64,000 nucleotides of DNA from Octopus sinensis (GCF_006345805.1 NC_043008.1:65410001-65474000); one strand, 5' to 3'; shown: positions 1-13,477, numbered from the stretch's first letter. Notes: generated by a model not told the origin, from the letters alone. Numbers and translations are program-made.

Positions 1-19
1 ATACATACATATACATAGT

Positions 20-75
20 GTGTGTGTACTTGCTTATGTGAAAGCGTGTGCGATGGTGCGCATGCCGGTGGATGT

Positions 76-144
<69 letters not shown>

Positions 145-250
145 ATCTATATATCTATGCATCTATGTATCTATGTATGTTATATATGTATGTGTGTATA
201 CGTACTATCTATTTCTAGCTATGCACACATATACATATATGTATTATGTT
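20..250. repeat. Compound (TA)n/(TG)n/(TATG)n microsatellite
   Basis: Seen directly; source of the YIYI/CVCV pseudo-ORFs. Confidence 0.95.
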
Positions 251-887
251 AACTAAAATTGTACAAAGATAAATTAATATATAACTGCTTTCAATTTTTT
301 CTTATCTGTTCTCTTATATACTTTACTCTCACAAAAATAATTCAACCCACCGCATCATTTTCATAACATGAAAGAAGGTCAATATTGAACAACTGAAGTT
401 ATATAAATATTGATCTCATTTATATACATATATATATATGTGTGTGTGTATTTATTTATTTTGTTTATACATACATATATACATACATAACTTTGAATAC
501 GTTATAGATTTGTTTGTATTATACATGCATACGATAGTTTTTATCTTCAGCACTATTTTAGCGCTTGTATATATAAATGAGCTTGTTCTGCTTAAATTTG
601 AATATTTTATATTTACTTTATATTTCCTTATTCTGAATATATTTTAAAAGCATAACACTGTCTTGTGAGAAATAAATATTTCGGAATTAACAACCAGTTG
701 AATTGCTGTCTATATTTTATATATGTTTTTGCTACTTTAAATACTGGCACAGAATAATCTGCTTTTTGGAACCATCCTCCTCTTAAATGGCAACAGAGGA
801 AGCGTAACAGCATCGAAACAGGTCTCTATAGCTCTAAGAGGTAACAAAATACACTTAAATGTGCAATCAACCACATTCTCTATGTTA

Positions 888-2118
888 GGCGTCAAGTATG
901 AAATTTGTAGTAAGATATATGTTAAACTTTGACAGCTGCTCATTTTGCGCCATTATTATATTTTGACAATCTTTATTTTTGTTAGAAAGTTGACACATCT
1001 ATTTCTTTATTATAACTCATTTTGCGCTTCATAAAGTATTTATAAATTGTTTTTTTTTTTTGCTATTTATGTTTAGAGATGGATAAGTTGGAAATTCGTA
1101 CAGCTTTGAAATATGAGTTCTTTCTTGGAAATACAGCACCACAGACAGCTCGGAATATTGATGTAGCATCCTAATGTTATTACACAACGGACAGTATCAA
1201 ATTGGATTGCAAAATTTCGTTCTGCTATCTTTGACTTCCCAAATGAGCAACACAAATGAGCAACCAGAAACAAAGGCGGATAATAACGAAATGAAAGCCA
1301 TCTCAAAGTGCCCGTGAATTATAGTTGTTTGGTGTTAGAAAGCAAACAATATTGACCCACCTAGTTCAAATTGGTAAAGTGAAAAATTTGAATAATTGGG
1401 TTCGACATGAACTCAATGAAAATCAGAGACAGCAACGTTTGGAAGCCTGCATTATGCTACTTTCTCGTCACAAAAATGTAATGAGAAATGGATCCAATAC
1501 AAAAACCGAAAACGTTCAGCACAATGAGTGGACAAAGACTAGCCACCAAAACGCAGTCTAAAATGCAAAGTTCATCAAAAGAAGCTGATAGTGTGTGTTT
1601 GGTGGTCTGGTACAGATGTGATCTATTATGATTTCATTAAAACTGTCTCATCAACCAAGGCGGAATTTTACTGCAGCCAACTGGACCAAATGATGCAGAA
1701 ACTTACAAAAAACAGCCTAGATTAGTCAACAGATCGACTCCTATTTTATTGCAAGACAACGCCAGATCACACATGGCAAAAATGACATTGGCGAAACTAC
1801 AGGAGTTGGAGCTGGAAGTTGTCCATCATCCACCATATTCATCTGATCTTGCTCCCACTAACTACTCCTTCTTCCAGAATTTGGAAAACTTTTTGATAGG
1901 AAAAAAGTTTTCATTTCGACGATGCTGTAAAACAGGCCTTCCAAGGTTTTTTACTCTAGATTGCTAGGGTTTTACAGTTCCGGGCTGCACAAGCTACCGC
2001 TGAAATGGCAATATGGGTGCATAAAATATGGGTGTATACTTTGATGAATAAAACACTTCCTTGTATTTATAAAATATTAGCAAGCTTATTCTTTCTACAA
2101 ATGTCATACTTGACGACC
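888..2118 (+). mobile_element. Decayed full-length mariner (Tc1/mariner, DD34D-type) DNA transposon
   Basis: TIRs ggcgtcaagtatgaaatttgtag (888-910) and ctacaaatgtcatacttgacgacc (2095-2118; 1 indel, 1 substitution). TA on the left flank, TT on the right. Broken transposase from ATG 1079: MDKLEIRTALKYEF..TARNI, RTVSNWIAKFRS, NWVRHELNENQRQQRLEACIMLL, QKKLIVCVWW, QDNARSH..HHPPYSSDLAPTNYSFF. Multiple stops and frameshifts. Confidence 0.92.
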
Positions 2119-3099
2119 TTCTCTTCTGAGGCAGTTACCGCCGTAAAATTTAAATTTAGCTTAATCTTTGCTGCCCACTGTGCTGGTAATTAATAACCAA
2201 CTATGACACATGCCGGCAAATATTTAATTGATGTTTAAATATAAGAACGGTAGTTCTTAAAAGGCTATGTGCTATGGATTCGGAATATGTATCTGATGAA
2301 GTGTGACGACGCTGAACAACATGACATACAGTCCAATGTTAACCTTCATAGCTCGCCTCAGTGTATTTGTACAAACATTTTATATAAAGATAGTTTCTCT
2401 TATGAGAAAGCTTCTGGGAGCTAGTGTTTCTGCATATGCACACGGACACTTTATTATAATAATTATACATTTGAGAAGTAATGAATTTGTTCTTTTGAAT
2501 CAGTTGCCATAGATAATTATAAATTATATCTTCGTATAATTTTGTTAATTTTGTTGATGTTGTTTAGCATTAGATTAACTGGCATCCAGTAGATTAGTTG
2601 AAAAAACTTCTTATTCATGAACACGCATGTTTTCAAGAAAAGAGAAATCAACAAAGACACTATCCAATGATTATTCTCTAGATTTAAGACATTCTTAGAA
2701 AAATTTCACTGCTACTTCTAGTAGTACATGTGATCACGTAGGCACTACTTTGATAGCTTGTGCTGAATTCATACCTCCAGTTGGTGTGCACCTGAAGATA
2801 GCTTTTATGTTATATCAGTTGACGATTTCTTTTAATTTATAGCGTTTTAGGAATTGTTTATCAGTTAAAAAGTGAAAATACCTACTTACATCGCTTTTAG
2901 TGGTATTTTTACAGTTCTTGTATGGAATTTATAACACGTATTTTTTTCTTCATTTAAAGCAATTATCACAGTTCAGCTCACAGCGAGAGAAATTGTATCA
3001 AGTCTAGATATTTAAATCTTTATTTACCATACACAAATACTACCTGACTCTACATATTAATTGTAAATTCGGTGTTTGTTGTGTTTTTCTAACAAATAC

Positions 3100-3153
3100 A
3101 TACACACACACACGCACACACGCACAAATTCATAGACACATGCAGCTGACTAC

Positions 3154-3217
<64 letters not shown>

Positions 3218-3351
3218 TTATATATATACTAACCTGTATATATTCACGTGTATATATATATATATATGTATTATTTATACTAACATGTGTATACACACAC
3301 ACGTGCGCATATATATATATATATGTCCTATATGGCCACTCCTTATATTGT

Positions 3352-3414
<63 letters not shown>

Positions 3415-3787
3415 ATGCATATTTATACCCACACACATGCAAAGTTATATACATGTATGTGAATGTGTGTCTATATTTGAGCATATATATTTACATGTAT
3501 ATATGTATGTATATAGATACATATATAGAGACATACATACACACATACATACACATGCATAAATAAACACATGCATTCATTCATGTATACATACATACAT
3601 ACATCCATACATACATACATACATACATATATAATACATAAATACTTTCAAATGCTGTGGTTTCACGCCAAACGCCATAAAAGTTCTCTCGCGGTTGGAA
3701 ATTTAAACACGCGTACACACACTCACATATACATATACATATATTCGTACGTATGCATGTATATATATATATATATATGTGTGTGTG

Positions 3788-3837
<50 letters not shown>

Positions 3838-4179
3838 GTATGTATATATGCATGTATCTGTGTATGTATTTATACATGTGTTCTGTATGAGCCTATCTAC
3901 TAATTTATATGTGTGTGCGTTTGTGTTTGTGTGTGTACGGCTGTATGATTTTTGTTATATCTATTGACTTTTGCTTTACTTGTAATAATTTTTAGTCTAT
4001 AGCTGCCGAGTATACAGATAAATATATACGCGTTTCTGCGGTGTGTGTGTATATACAGTCATTTTATTTATATTTATATGTATATGTGTGTGTGGGTGTG
4101 TTTGTGTTTGTGCGTGTGTGTGCGTGTGTGTATGCGTGTGTGTGTGTGTGCGTGTGTGTGCGTATGTGTATGCATGCGT

Positions 4180-4216
<37 letters not shown>

Positions 4217-4240
4217 CATGCGTGTGTGCGTATATGTACC
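3100..4240. repeat. Compound (TA)n, (TACA)n, (TG)n microsatellite field
   Basis: Seen directly. Confidence 0.9.
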
Positions 4241-5149
4241 TAAGTATCCAAATATTCGATGCATTTCTTGGTCTGCAAACGCCGAAATAACTTGAAAATC
4301 AATTGAAATTACAATTCAAATAATATAAAACTATTTTCACAGGAAATTTAATTTTAGTTGAACCAAATAAATCAAAAATTCAGTTTTAGTTTCGAATTTA
4401 ATGAAATAAATTTTCATAATAATCCAATTAGATAGATTTAATAATTGAATTTCATAAAAATTCGAGAATGATTTTATTAATATTACGATTGTGGTGCCCA
4501 GAGTTGATATGGCTGGCTGAGCATAGTTGATGAATTACGAGCTTGTATGCAGCATGGTTATTTACATTTATCCTTGGGTGAAATACTTGCCGAAACATAC
4601 TTTGACCTAAAGAAGTGCTAGAGGTTAATAACAAATTATATTAGAAATGCGTCATCAACCAGGATTCTGTGACCTTTTATAGCAAGAATCATGAATTTTG
4701 TTATTTTGAAATTTTGGAAAAACCAAGTATTTATTGGTTAGCTTAGAATGCAATATCTTTATAGACTTGTAGATAATTAGATCGATAACTTATCAATAGA
4801 ATGATCGGGTTTATATTGCGTCGGATTACCATATGAGGGGTCACTAGTTTCAATGATGCTGTAAGGGATCAACTGAAATATTTGACAAAATTTAACTGTC
4901 TAAATCCCTGTAAACTATCCGCATTAGAGATCTACGATATTTGTCTTAATGAGTCAGGTTTAACTATGAGTGAAGATCGTTTTCGAAAACCGTATGCAAT
5001 AAAATTTGCATATTCATCTAGATCTGGATGTACTTGTATAAGGCAACTGGCAACATAATGGAAGAATTCCCAGTGTGGTGACCCGTCGTGATGTTGCTGA
5101 GAAAGGATCCGAACAAGGAAACTAAATCGATAATTTAAGCTTGAAACTC

Positions 5150-6300
5150 AGTTAAAGACAGATTACAAGCTTTTAGTCAAAGCCGTTAACAAAAGAAGTT
5201 GGGTCGTGTCGTAGGTAAAGTAGTTGGTGACCTGCAGATATGCGCTATCCCAACTAGATGCGACCATGACAACCGCCACCGCTTGCGTTACATCATGGAA
5301 TGAGTAAGCAAGGAATCTGGCATAGGAGGGGCACTGATCAATTTGGATCAACCAAAACCTTTTAATAGGGTCGATCACCAATACGTGCAGGCGGTCCTTG
5401 CGACGGCTGGTTTCGGTCGCCTTTCTAGAGGCTGAACAGCTGCAATGTACAGCGACATCTGTTCGGTGGCCAACGTAAATGACCACTTACCGGCATCACT
5501 TAGCATTTCTCTCTCAATTCATCAAACATACCCTCTCATGCCACGTCTGTAGGTGCTGGGTCTCGAACTATTACTACAAAAAGTGGATACTTCGAGGGGC
5601 ATCCTACGTGAACTAGGATACAGGTCCCGTTTGGTCCGGACCTCCAGATGGACGAGAACTAGGAGGATGTGAGGTGATGGGTGGCCGGGAAATGACCTGA
5701 GAGGTAGCTGTCACTGAAGAGTCAGAGGTGGTGACGAATTCGTACATTGCTTCCGTCATCTATTATTGCCTGACCGTCCTCACTTACCCTGCTTCGTAAT
5801 TGGTCAAACAGGAGCTCTTTCTATTCCACTTCCTGTGGAATTTACATATTCCGTTCGTCAGACGATCGATCTGCTTTCAGCATCCGCTAAGTGGAGGACT
5901 GAGCACGTTGTGGCTAATGATGGACAGACATGAGCTGAGGATGCATCTCTAGCGTTTCCTTGACGGTATGTGTCGTCACCATCTGTCAGTCAGAATTTTC
6001 CGCAGCTCGTCTCACTGACGGAGCTACAGGCCTTGATTAAGCGTAGACTGAGGAAGGCGCTTAGCATCTGAAGTGTTGGCAAGGTCCCACATCACTTGGC
6101 CAGTCGGGCATGCGGTTTGTGGAAGTCCTACACTGGAGTTCTATTGGAGATTTGTGGCGAATAAGTGACCAAGATTTTATCCGTAGGAAACACGTTACAT
6201 TCTTCGTAATTCTAAATAGATCTAAGCACTCAATGATCTACAAGTGTGGAATCATATCATAAGCTTTGAGATAGTAAATCCAGGCCTTTCGCAGGTTAGT
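5150..6300 (+). mobile_element. Tx1/L1-clade LINE reverse-transcriptase remnant (pseudogenised)
   Basis: Frame from 5235 reads QICAIPTRCDHDNRHRLRYIME*VSKESGIGGALINLDQPKPFNRVDHQYVQAVLATAGFG...VLGLELLLQKV, matching the L1/Tx1 RT motif LDQxKAFDRVDH. Later FHFLWNLHIPFVRRSICFQHPLSGGLS matches the post-RT F-W...GGLG segment. Boundaries approximate. Confidence 0.8.
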
Positions 6301-6329
6301 TTTCCTTTGTTTACAATCTTGCACTACCA

Positions 6330-8175
6330 TTTTGTCTATGAATAGTTCATCTTTGTTACCTCTGCATCTCCTTCAACAGCATTTTTTTCCGGTGATGAAA
6401 TATCGTTCTCTTCAAGAAATTTATACAGTTCTTCTGAACTTCCTCCTGACAGTATCTTACACATTAACGGGAAGCAGGAAATTGGTCTGTAATTGTCAAT
6501 AATATTTCCTTTTGATGCATCCTTCAGGCACAACACCGTTTTGTTAAAAAGCCCGGAGTTCCTTCTTCTCCATTGCGATCAATTTATGGCAACTACTGAA
6601 CTTTTCTATCCAAAATACCTATACCCCATCAGGTCCTGCTGCATTCCAATTGCTTTTTCTTTTACTCATATTTCTGATATTGTTTTCTGTGAAGTGGATA
6701 GCCTCTTGTTAGGGATAAGAAGCTGTTTGCTTAAGGCTGCAGAGCCATTCAGTTGTAGTATTATGTTGTCCTTGCTTACTCCATATTTTATCCCAGAAAA
6801 TAGATTTCATCAGCATTAGGGAGTAATCTTTCATGTTATTTATCATCATTGATTTCTTCGTAGAGTCTTTTTTGGTCGGTCCTAAACAATTTGTTTTGCT
6901 AGTATTGTTTAATCCGTTACTCAAACCTAGTTAGCTTTGATTTTTTTGCATGTATGCGCTGCTTCAGTTCTTCAGTTACAACATTCAGGCCTTTCATATC
7001 TACACCATACTTCTTAACTTTTTCGGATTTATATTAATTTTTTCTTGACAAGTATTAATACTACACTGTTGACAGAGTTCATATCTTCAGGAATTCTCCT
7101 TTTCCACCTCGGTTGTTTATTTCCTCTTCTATCCGTCGCTGTTCTATTCTCAGTAATTCTCAATCCCATCCTTTCCGCCACAATCCTAATAACAGCCTTG
7201 ATAAGATTATTTGTTTGTGTGATGTTCTTTGTTTCAGAGCGTCTCAGTACCTTATTGACTTTATTCACCTCTCGATTTAATCCCAATTGATTAACATTCT
7301 TAAAGACACACATAAATTCTGTCCCTTCTGTATTCAATATATCCAAAATTCTGTCTATTATTAATCGATCTTCATTGTGTGAGTAGTCACTGATCTTAAT
7401 TCTTTCACCATTCACGGCATTATATTCTTGCGAACAATTGTCCATCTCTTCCACCATACCACTTTCATTTCTCGCAAGCCCAGCCTCAACCGGTGTTCTT
7501 CTTTCAATAGCTTCTAGCTCCAATTCTGTTAACCATCCATTCTTTCGTATTTCTCTTGCTTGGTCACATAATCTCTGTTCAGTAATTTCGAACAGTTCCA
7601 TCACATTCCATTCACTGTGCATTCGTTTTCTGTACCAAGTGACATGCACGCCATTCGTATCCACTGGGGTGCTCCGGTAGTAATATTCCATAACCATCAG
7701 GTTTTACTTCTTTACTCCACTTATTTCTTGTAACATGGTTAGCAGTTGCTGGATTACGACTGAACCCACCCTGCGGCACAGTGGGGCACCTGCCGGGTGT
7801 GAGGCCTTCACCAGTGGTTCCAGTCATCTATTTTGCTTGGCATTTTCACTCACAAATGAGGTATGTTTTTTGGTTACTACCAACTGATATTTTTATCGAG
7901 ACACCATCTCTATCAACGTAGACACCCCAAGGGGGCAGAGCCCTTGCTCCGCTGGTTTTGAACTCTGAATGCTCCTTCTTCTAAGCTACTTGCCACCCGA
8001 GGCTAACGAGTACATCCTATTCGGAGTACTGGATATTTCAAGGCGCCAGATTCTTCTCCTGTTGGTTTCGCGAAGGGGTCGGGCTTGTCTACAACAGAAC
8101 TGCGCTTGCGCAAGACATTGGGGCATATTATAAGTGATGGAGCGCTCAACTCCCCTCACCACCCCGGCATTGATA
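6330..8175 (-). mobile_element. R4/Dong-clade (RLE) LINE, 5' half (5' UTR, N-terminal domain, start of RT); 3' part missing
   Basis: ORF 7029-7697 (RNKWSKE..VMEYYYRS..YRKRMHSEW..EQRLCDQAREIRKNGWLTELELEAI) resembles the R4/Dong N-terminus. ORF 6336-6536 [17 protein letters not shown] plus a frameshifted [15 protein letters not shown] corresponds to RT domains 1-2. GC-richer 5' UTR at about 7830-8170. Confidence 0.8.
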
Positions 8176-8308
8176 GAAATTAAAAATGAATAAATAAATA
8201 ATAATCATAAATAAAATAGAATAAAATAAATATAAATAAATAAATAATAATAATAAACGTATTATTATTATCATTATTATCATCATCATCATCATTATCA
8301 TCATCATT

Positions 8309-8699
8309 AAGGCAGAATCGTTAGCAGGACTGGCGAAATCCATAGCGGTATTTCGTCTGCCGATATGTTCTGAGTTCAAATTCCGCCGAGGTCGACTTTG
8401 CCTTTCATCCTTTCGGGGTCGAATAAATAAGTACCAGTTACGCACTGGGGTCAATATAATCGACTTAATCCGTTTGTCTGTCTTTCTTTGTCCTCTCTGG
8501 ATTTAGCCCCTTGTGGGTAGTAAAGAAATAGGTATTTTGTCTTCCTTAAAGTTCTCAGCTGAAATTCTGCCGAGTGTGACTTTACCTTCATCCTTTGGAA
8601 GTCGATAAATTAAGCACCAGTGAAACACTAGTTTCAATTTAATCCACTAGTCCCCCTCATCCAAATTTCTGACTTTGTGCCTATACAAGCAAGGATTGC

Positions 8700-8700
<1 letters not shown>
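8309..8700 (+). mobile_element. Family A tRNA-derived SINE plus a tandem partial copy
   Basis: Shared core ttctgagttcaaattccgccgaggtcgactttgcctttcatcctttcggggtcgataaa..gtaccag (B-box GAGTTCAAATTCC) recurs about 25 times in the window. Confidence 0.85.
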
Positions 8701-8738
<38 letters not shown>

Positions 8739-8756
8739 CATCATCATAATCATCAT

Positions 8757-8787
<31 letters not shown>

Positions 8788-10072
8788 ATTATTATTTTCA
8801 CTATAGATTATTTCTCTTGGCTTTTTTTTAAAACAATTTCTTTTATTCTTTCACAATTCTCCTCCTGACTTCTTTTCATTTTAGCGCATCTGTTGTATTT
8901 ATTATTTTCCTTGAAGAAAAAGATTACTTTCCGATCCGTTCATGTTTTGCAGCTAATTGTATTAGTATAATTGGGTATTTACTAAGTACTTTTATATCTC
9001 CAGGATATATTTTATAATATATTAACAGACTTTTAGTTGCGTGAAACATCTACCTCTCTATGTTCATGATAAATATAATTTGTCTTTGTCAGCTTTTCAC
9101 AAGATTGTCTTAAATGCAGTCATTATTTCTCTTGTCTTCTGTCTAGTCTTCCTAATTCATTTAACTTCTAGTTGAGAACATTATAACTATAAATTTCACT
9201 TCAACAATTACAACGTTGATGTCTGTTGCCTTATTCTTATTCTTCTGATATATTTTCATATTCAGCTGTTTTATATATTAATCAAATGTGTCTATATTAT
9301 TCTTACGTAATATATTATTTTATCTCTTTATTTTACAGGGTATAAAACTTTGGCTATTAAATATTCATAAATTTGTGTTCGAGTCACAGCAGTCTTAACA
9401 GAAATACAACCGCCTGGCAGGTCTATATATTGGACCCTATTCTATTTATATATTTAGCAGCAAACCAAGTATTCATAGATGAGAACTGGGTCCGTGAGAC
9501 TTCAGAAAACAGCCCTGTTAGGGTATACCTTAAGACGGTGCTGGTTTGAGTTTCTCATTTCTATTTACATTAAAAACAGTATTTGTACATTTAATTAACT
9601 TTTCATCCATCAAGATTATCTTGGCGCACTTAATTACACAGTTACCCTTCACATTTTTCTTCACCGTTATATTTGATTCGTTGGATGGAAAGAATCATTA
9701 GAGTGGCTTAAAAAATACCTTACAGTAATGACTTACGGCGCTTTCATCTTCTGAGTCCAGAAACTACAGTGGTCAGTTATGCCTGCAATTTTCAGTGGGT
9801 AATGATATGTTAACATACCGAGCACATACTGGAATTGATAAAACCCATTGTAACCCTCAGTCACCAAATATGTGACCTTGTGAACCTGTGAAAAAGTATC
9901 ATCATCATCATCATCATTATTAGTTTTGATATGCTTATTATTAATATTGCTAATGATTCTGCATCTAACACTATGATAGCAAACACGAATTTATATATAT
10001 TCGATTTTATATGTGTGTGTGTGTGTGTGCATTCATATTTGGCACAGCATAAACTTTTCAGCATCTTCTTTC

Positions 10073-10118
<46 letters not shown>

Positions 10119-10335
10119 CTCTTTACTCTTTACTCTTTTACTTGTTTCAGCCATTTGACTGCGGCCATGCTGGAGCACCGCCTTTAGTCGAGCAAATAGA
10201 CCCCGGGACTTATTCTTTGTAAGCCCAGTACTTATTCTATCGATCTCTTTTTTGCCGAACCGCTAAGTAACGGGGACGTAAACACACCAGCATCGGTTGT
10301 CAAGCAATGCTAGGGGGACAAACACAGACACACAA

Positions 10336-10368
<33 letters not shown>

Positions 10369-10532
10369 CGACAGGCTTCTTTCAGTTTCCGTCTACCAAA
10401 TACACTCACAAGGCATTGGTCGGCCCGGGGCTATAGCAGAAGACACTCGCCCAAGATGCCACGCAGTGGGACTGAACCCGGAACCATGTGGTTGGTTAGC
10501 AAGCTACTTACCACACAGCCACTCCTGCGCCT
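10119..10532 (-). mobile_element. Family B tRNA-derived SINE with internal (TA/CA)n microsatellite
   Basis: Minus strand starts aggcgcaggagtggctgtgtggtaagtagcttg..ccgggttcagtcccactgcg; (AAAGAGT)n tail; close match to copies at 24.3, 47.3 and 58.7 kb. Confidence 0.9.
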
Positions 10533-11039
10533 ATATATACATATATATATTATTTGATGAAGTATCATTTCAAAGTGTGCATGTGTGTGCATCTTCTTTC
10601 AAGAACTCTTCGATGTTCCTTTAAATAAAATGGAAGTGTTAAATTTAACGGCTATTGTTTGCACCGTAATAGATATGAAATTCATTCAAAAGAACCTTTT
10701 GACTATAATATACACAAGCATTCATATATGTAAATATGTATGTATGTAGAGTTGCTAACACTCACACATAAACATACATACATACGCATACACACACATA
10801 TATATATATATATATGCACGCACACACACACACACACACAGACGTTGAGTGTATGAATAGCATAGATCGAGAAATGATTGCGTGGACTGGAAGCTGAGTA
10901 GGCGGATAGGAAGATGTATAGATTAGTGGAATATTAGAAATATTAAGTGTTTGAAATCTGTGAAGGATAACAAAACGCTTTGATATTAATGATGTTTGTT
11001 TTTTTTATCTGAAGCGTTGCAAGTTTGCAACAGTATTTT

Positions 11040-11450
11040 TTGTCGAGATGAAGAGAACAGGAGGAGTATTAGGCCGATGATGGCGAGCAGGAGAAGGATC
11101 GTTATCAGCAGCAGCAGCAGCAGTAGCAGCAACACCAGCATGCTCGTCATCATTACAATCGTCGTCATCATTACCATTATCAACATCATCATCATCATCA
11201 TTATGAACATCATTATCATCATCATCATCATGACTATCATAAACATCATCCTCATTATCATCGTCCTCTGCCTTTTCCCCCTCCTCCTCCTCCTCATCAT
11301 CATCGTCATTATTATCATTATCAGCACTAGCGGTTACAGCAGCAGTAGCCTCAGCTGCAGCAACAACAGCAACGGCACCAGCAACAACAACAAAAGCATT
11401 AGTAGCAAAAACAGTGGCGTCAGCGGTGTCAGCGTCATCGTCGTCGTCCC
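11040..11450. repeat. Mosaic triplet repeat (CAG/CAT/CAA/CCT)
   Basis: Seen directly; gives spurious poly-I/S/M ORFs. Confidence 0.85.
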
Positions 11451-12399
11451 ACTTTCATGATTCAGGAATGCCCAGAAATTGGTGAAAAATGTCGAAAATG
11501 GAGATGAAGAATACTGGAGGCGAGTAAGGATGAGATTGCGAGAGGGTGTGATATAATGTCAAATATCATTTCATCAAAGATAGCGCTTCCGTTTACTTTC
11601 TACTATGCAAAAAGGAAAGAGAAAGAGAAATATGTAGAGTGTAATAGACACCATGATTGTGTGCTTCGCTGAGTCAATGTGTTTGTGAGAGTGTGTGCGT
11701 GCGTTGGTGTGTATGTGGGGGGTGGTGTGATTTTAAATATAGAATCTATAATTTGGCACTTTTGACTTCTACAATTATATCCCTAATTACCTGCAGAAAC
11801 TTTCAGTTTTTGGATATTTTCAGAGACAACTGCCAGAAATTAAGTTTCCAACGGTATTTCATCCACCCCCGCAATTCCCTTCTTTTTGTCGTAGTTTTAT
11901 ATATCGCTTTAATTTTTTTTTCCCTTTCAATGATTTATCTTTCTAATATTGAGTGAAAAGCAACATAAAAATGTTGGAAATATATAAAATATATTACTCA
12001 AGGGAATAAAAGCCCATAAATATCTAGATATTCACTCATTGAAAAATATATTCAATTACCTATTTGTGTATGTGTATGCATGCTATGAATGTATATATGT
12101 ATATATATGTGCATATATATATATATACATATAATTATGCAATTATATATGCATGCGTACATGTATGCATATACTTCAATGCATCAAAATTCCATATCAT
12201 ATTAGTGTATACATACACATATATGTATTTATTTCATATATTTGTGTATATATATGTACGTATGTTTGTGTGTGTTTGTATGTATGTGTGTGTGTGTCTA
12301 TATATGTATGTGTTTGTGTATATATATATATATATATGTGTGTGTGTGATGGAATCTCCAGTCAAAGATGACGTAAGTCGACTTTGCCTGCCCATTTGC

Positions 12400-12545
12400 G
12401 CAAGTGAGTCACACGTCGGATGTCGAAATGATAGCAAAGCAATGTGAAATGAAGTGTTTCGTACAAACACGCAGCAGGCTGGCCTGTCCGGGTATCGATC
12501 ATACGAACTGGTGATCGTGAGTGCAATGCCCTGCCCACTGAGCGA
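12400..12545 (-). mobile_element. Degenerate family C-like SINE head
   Basis: Minus strand gctcagtgggcagggcattgcactcacgatcaccagttcgtatgatcgatacccggac..cgaaacacttcatttcac resembles the copies at 16941 and 32561. Confidence 0.5.
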
Positions 12546-12623
12546 AGTAGATTATATAGCTGCACACAAATACACATACATATAGCTGCACATACATACA
12601 GATACACACACACACACACACAT

Positions 12624-12693
<70 letters not shown>

Positions 12694-12780
12694 TATATAT
12701 ATATAATAATATAAATAATAAATATATATATGCATATATACCTACATTATATAATCATACTTACATGTATACTTATATAC

Positions 12781-13361
12781 ATATGCATATGTGGGCATAG
12801 GACGTCACAAAATGTAAGCAACATGAAATACGAAATAAGAACACATGGAATACGAAGTACTTTTTGCGAACAACGATAGAAAAACCGGAAGACAAGACAC
12901 GCAACATAAAGAACCACTCTTCATCAGTTATCGGCAATTTTTCTAATCCGTATTTCGAGCATTTCACGACCAGATACGCCTTCGATAAAACAGATGCTCC
13001 TGCAAAGCAAATTAAATAAAATTTGAGATTTTGCGGAGGGTCAAACTTGGTCACTTCGTTTAGGCTTAGCAGCCCTTCCTGTTTGGTTTCAATGTCCTAT
13101 GTTTGTTGCCAATTTTGACCCTCCGCAAAATCGTAAATTTCATTTCATTTGCTATGCGGGAACAACTGTTTTATCGAAGACGTATCTTGTCGTGAAATGC
13201 TCGGAATACGGATTAGAAAAACAGCCGACAACTGATGAAGGGTCATTCTTTATGTTGTTTGTCTTCTTTTCCATTTGTTTCTTTCATTGTTCGCAAAAAT
13301 TCATATTCCAGGTATTCGTATTTCTTATTTCATGTTTGCGTCCTGTACCCACATATGCATA

Positions 13362-13362
<1 letters not shown>
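12781..13362. repeat. Large inverted repeat element (arms about 270 and 260 bp, 50-bp spacer) embedded in (TA)n
   Basis: Arms 12781-13054 and 13105-13362 are diverged reverse complements. The ORF track shows paralogous translations: KFDPPQNLKFYLICFAG.. (-) and NFDPPQNRKFHFICYAG.. (+). Confidence 0.92.
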
Positions 13363-13404
<42 letters not shown>

Positions 13405-13438
13405 GATTGAACGCCACGCATCATTTTTCAAGTAGTTA

Positions 13439-13477
<39 letters not shown>

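Noticed and set aside
12920-13245. CTGATGAAG motifs in both arms of the 12.8-13.4 kb inverted repeat as hammerheads
   Set aside because: The GAAA-like motif lies upstream of the core and no stem I hairpin can be formed between them.
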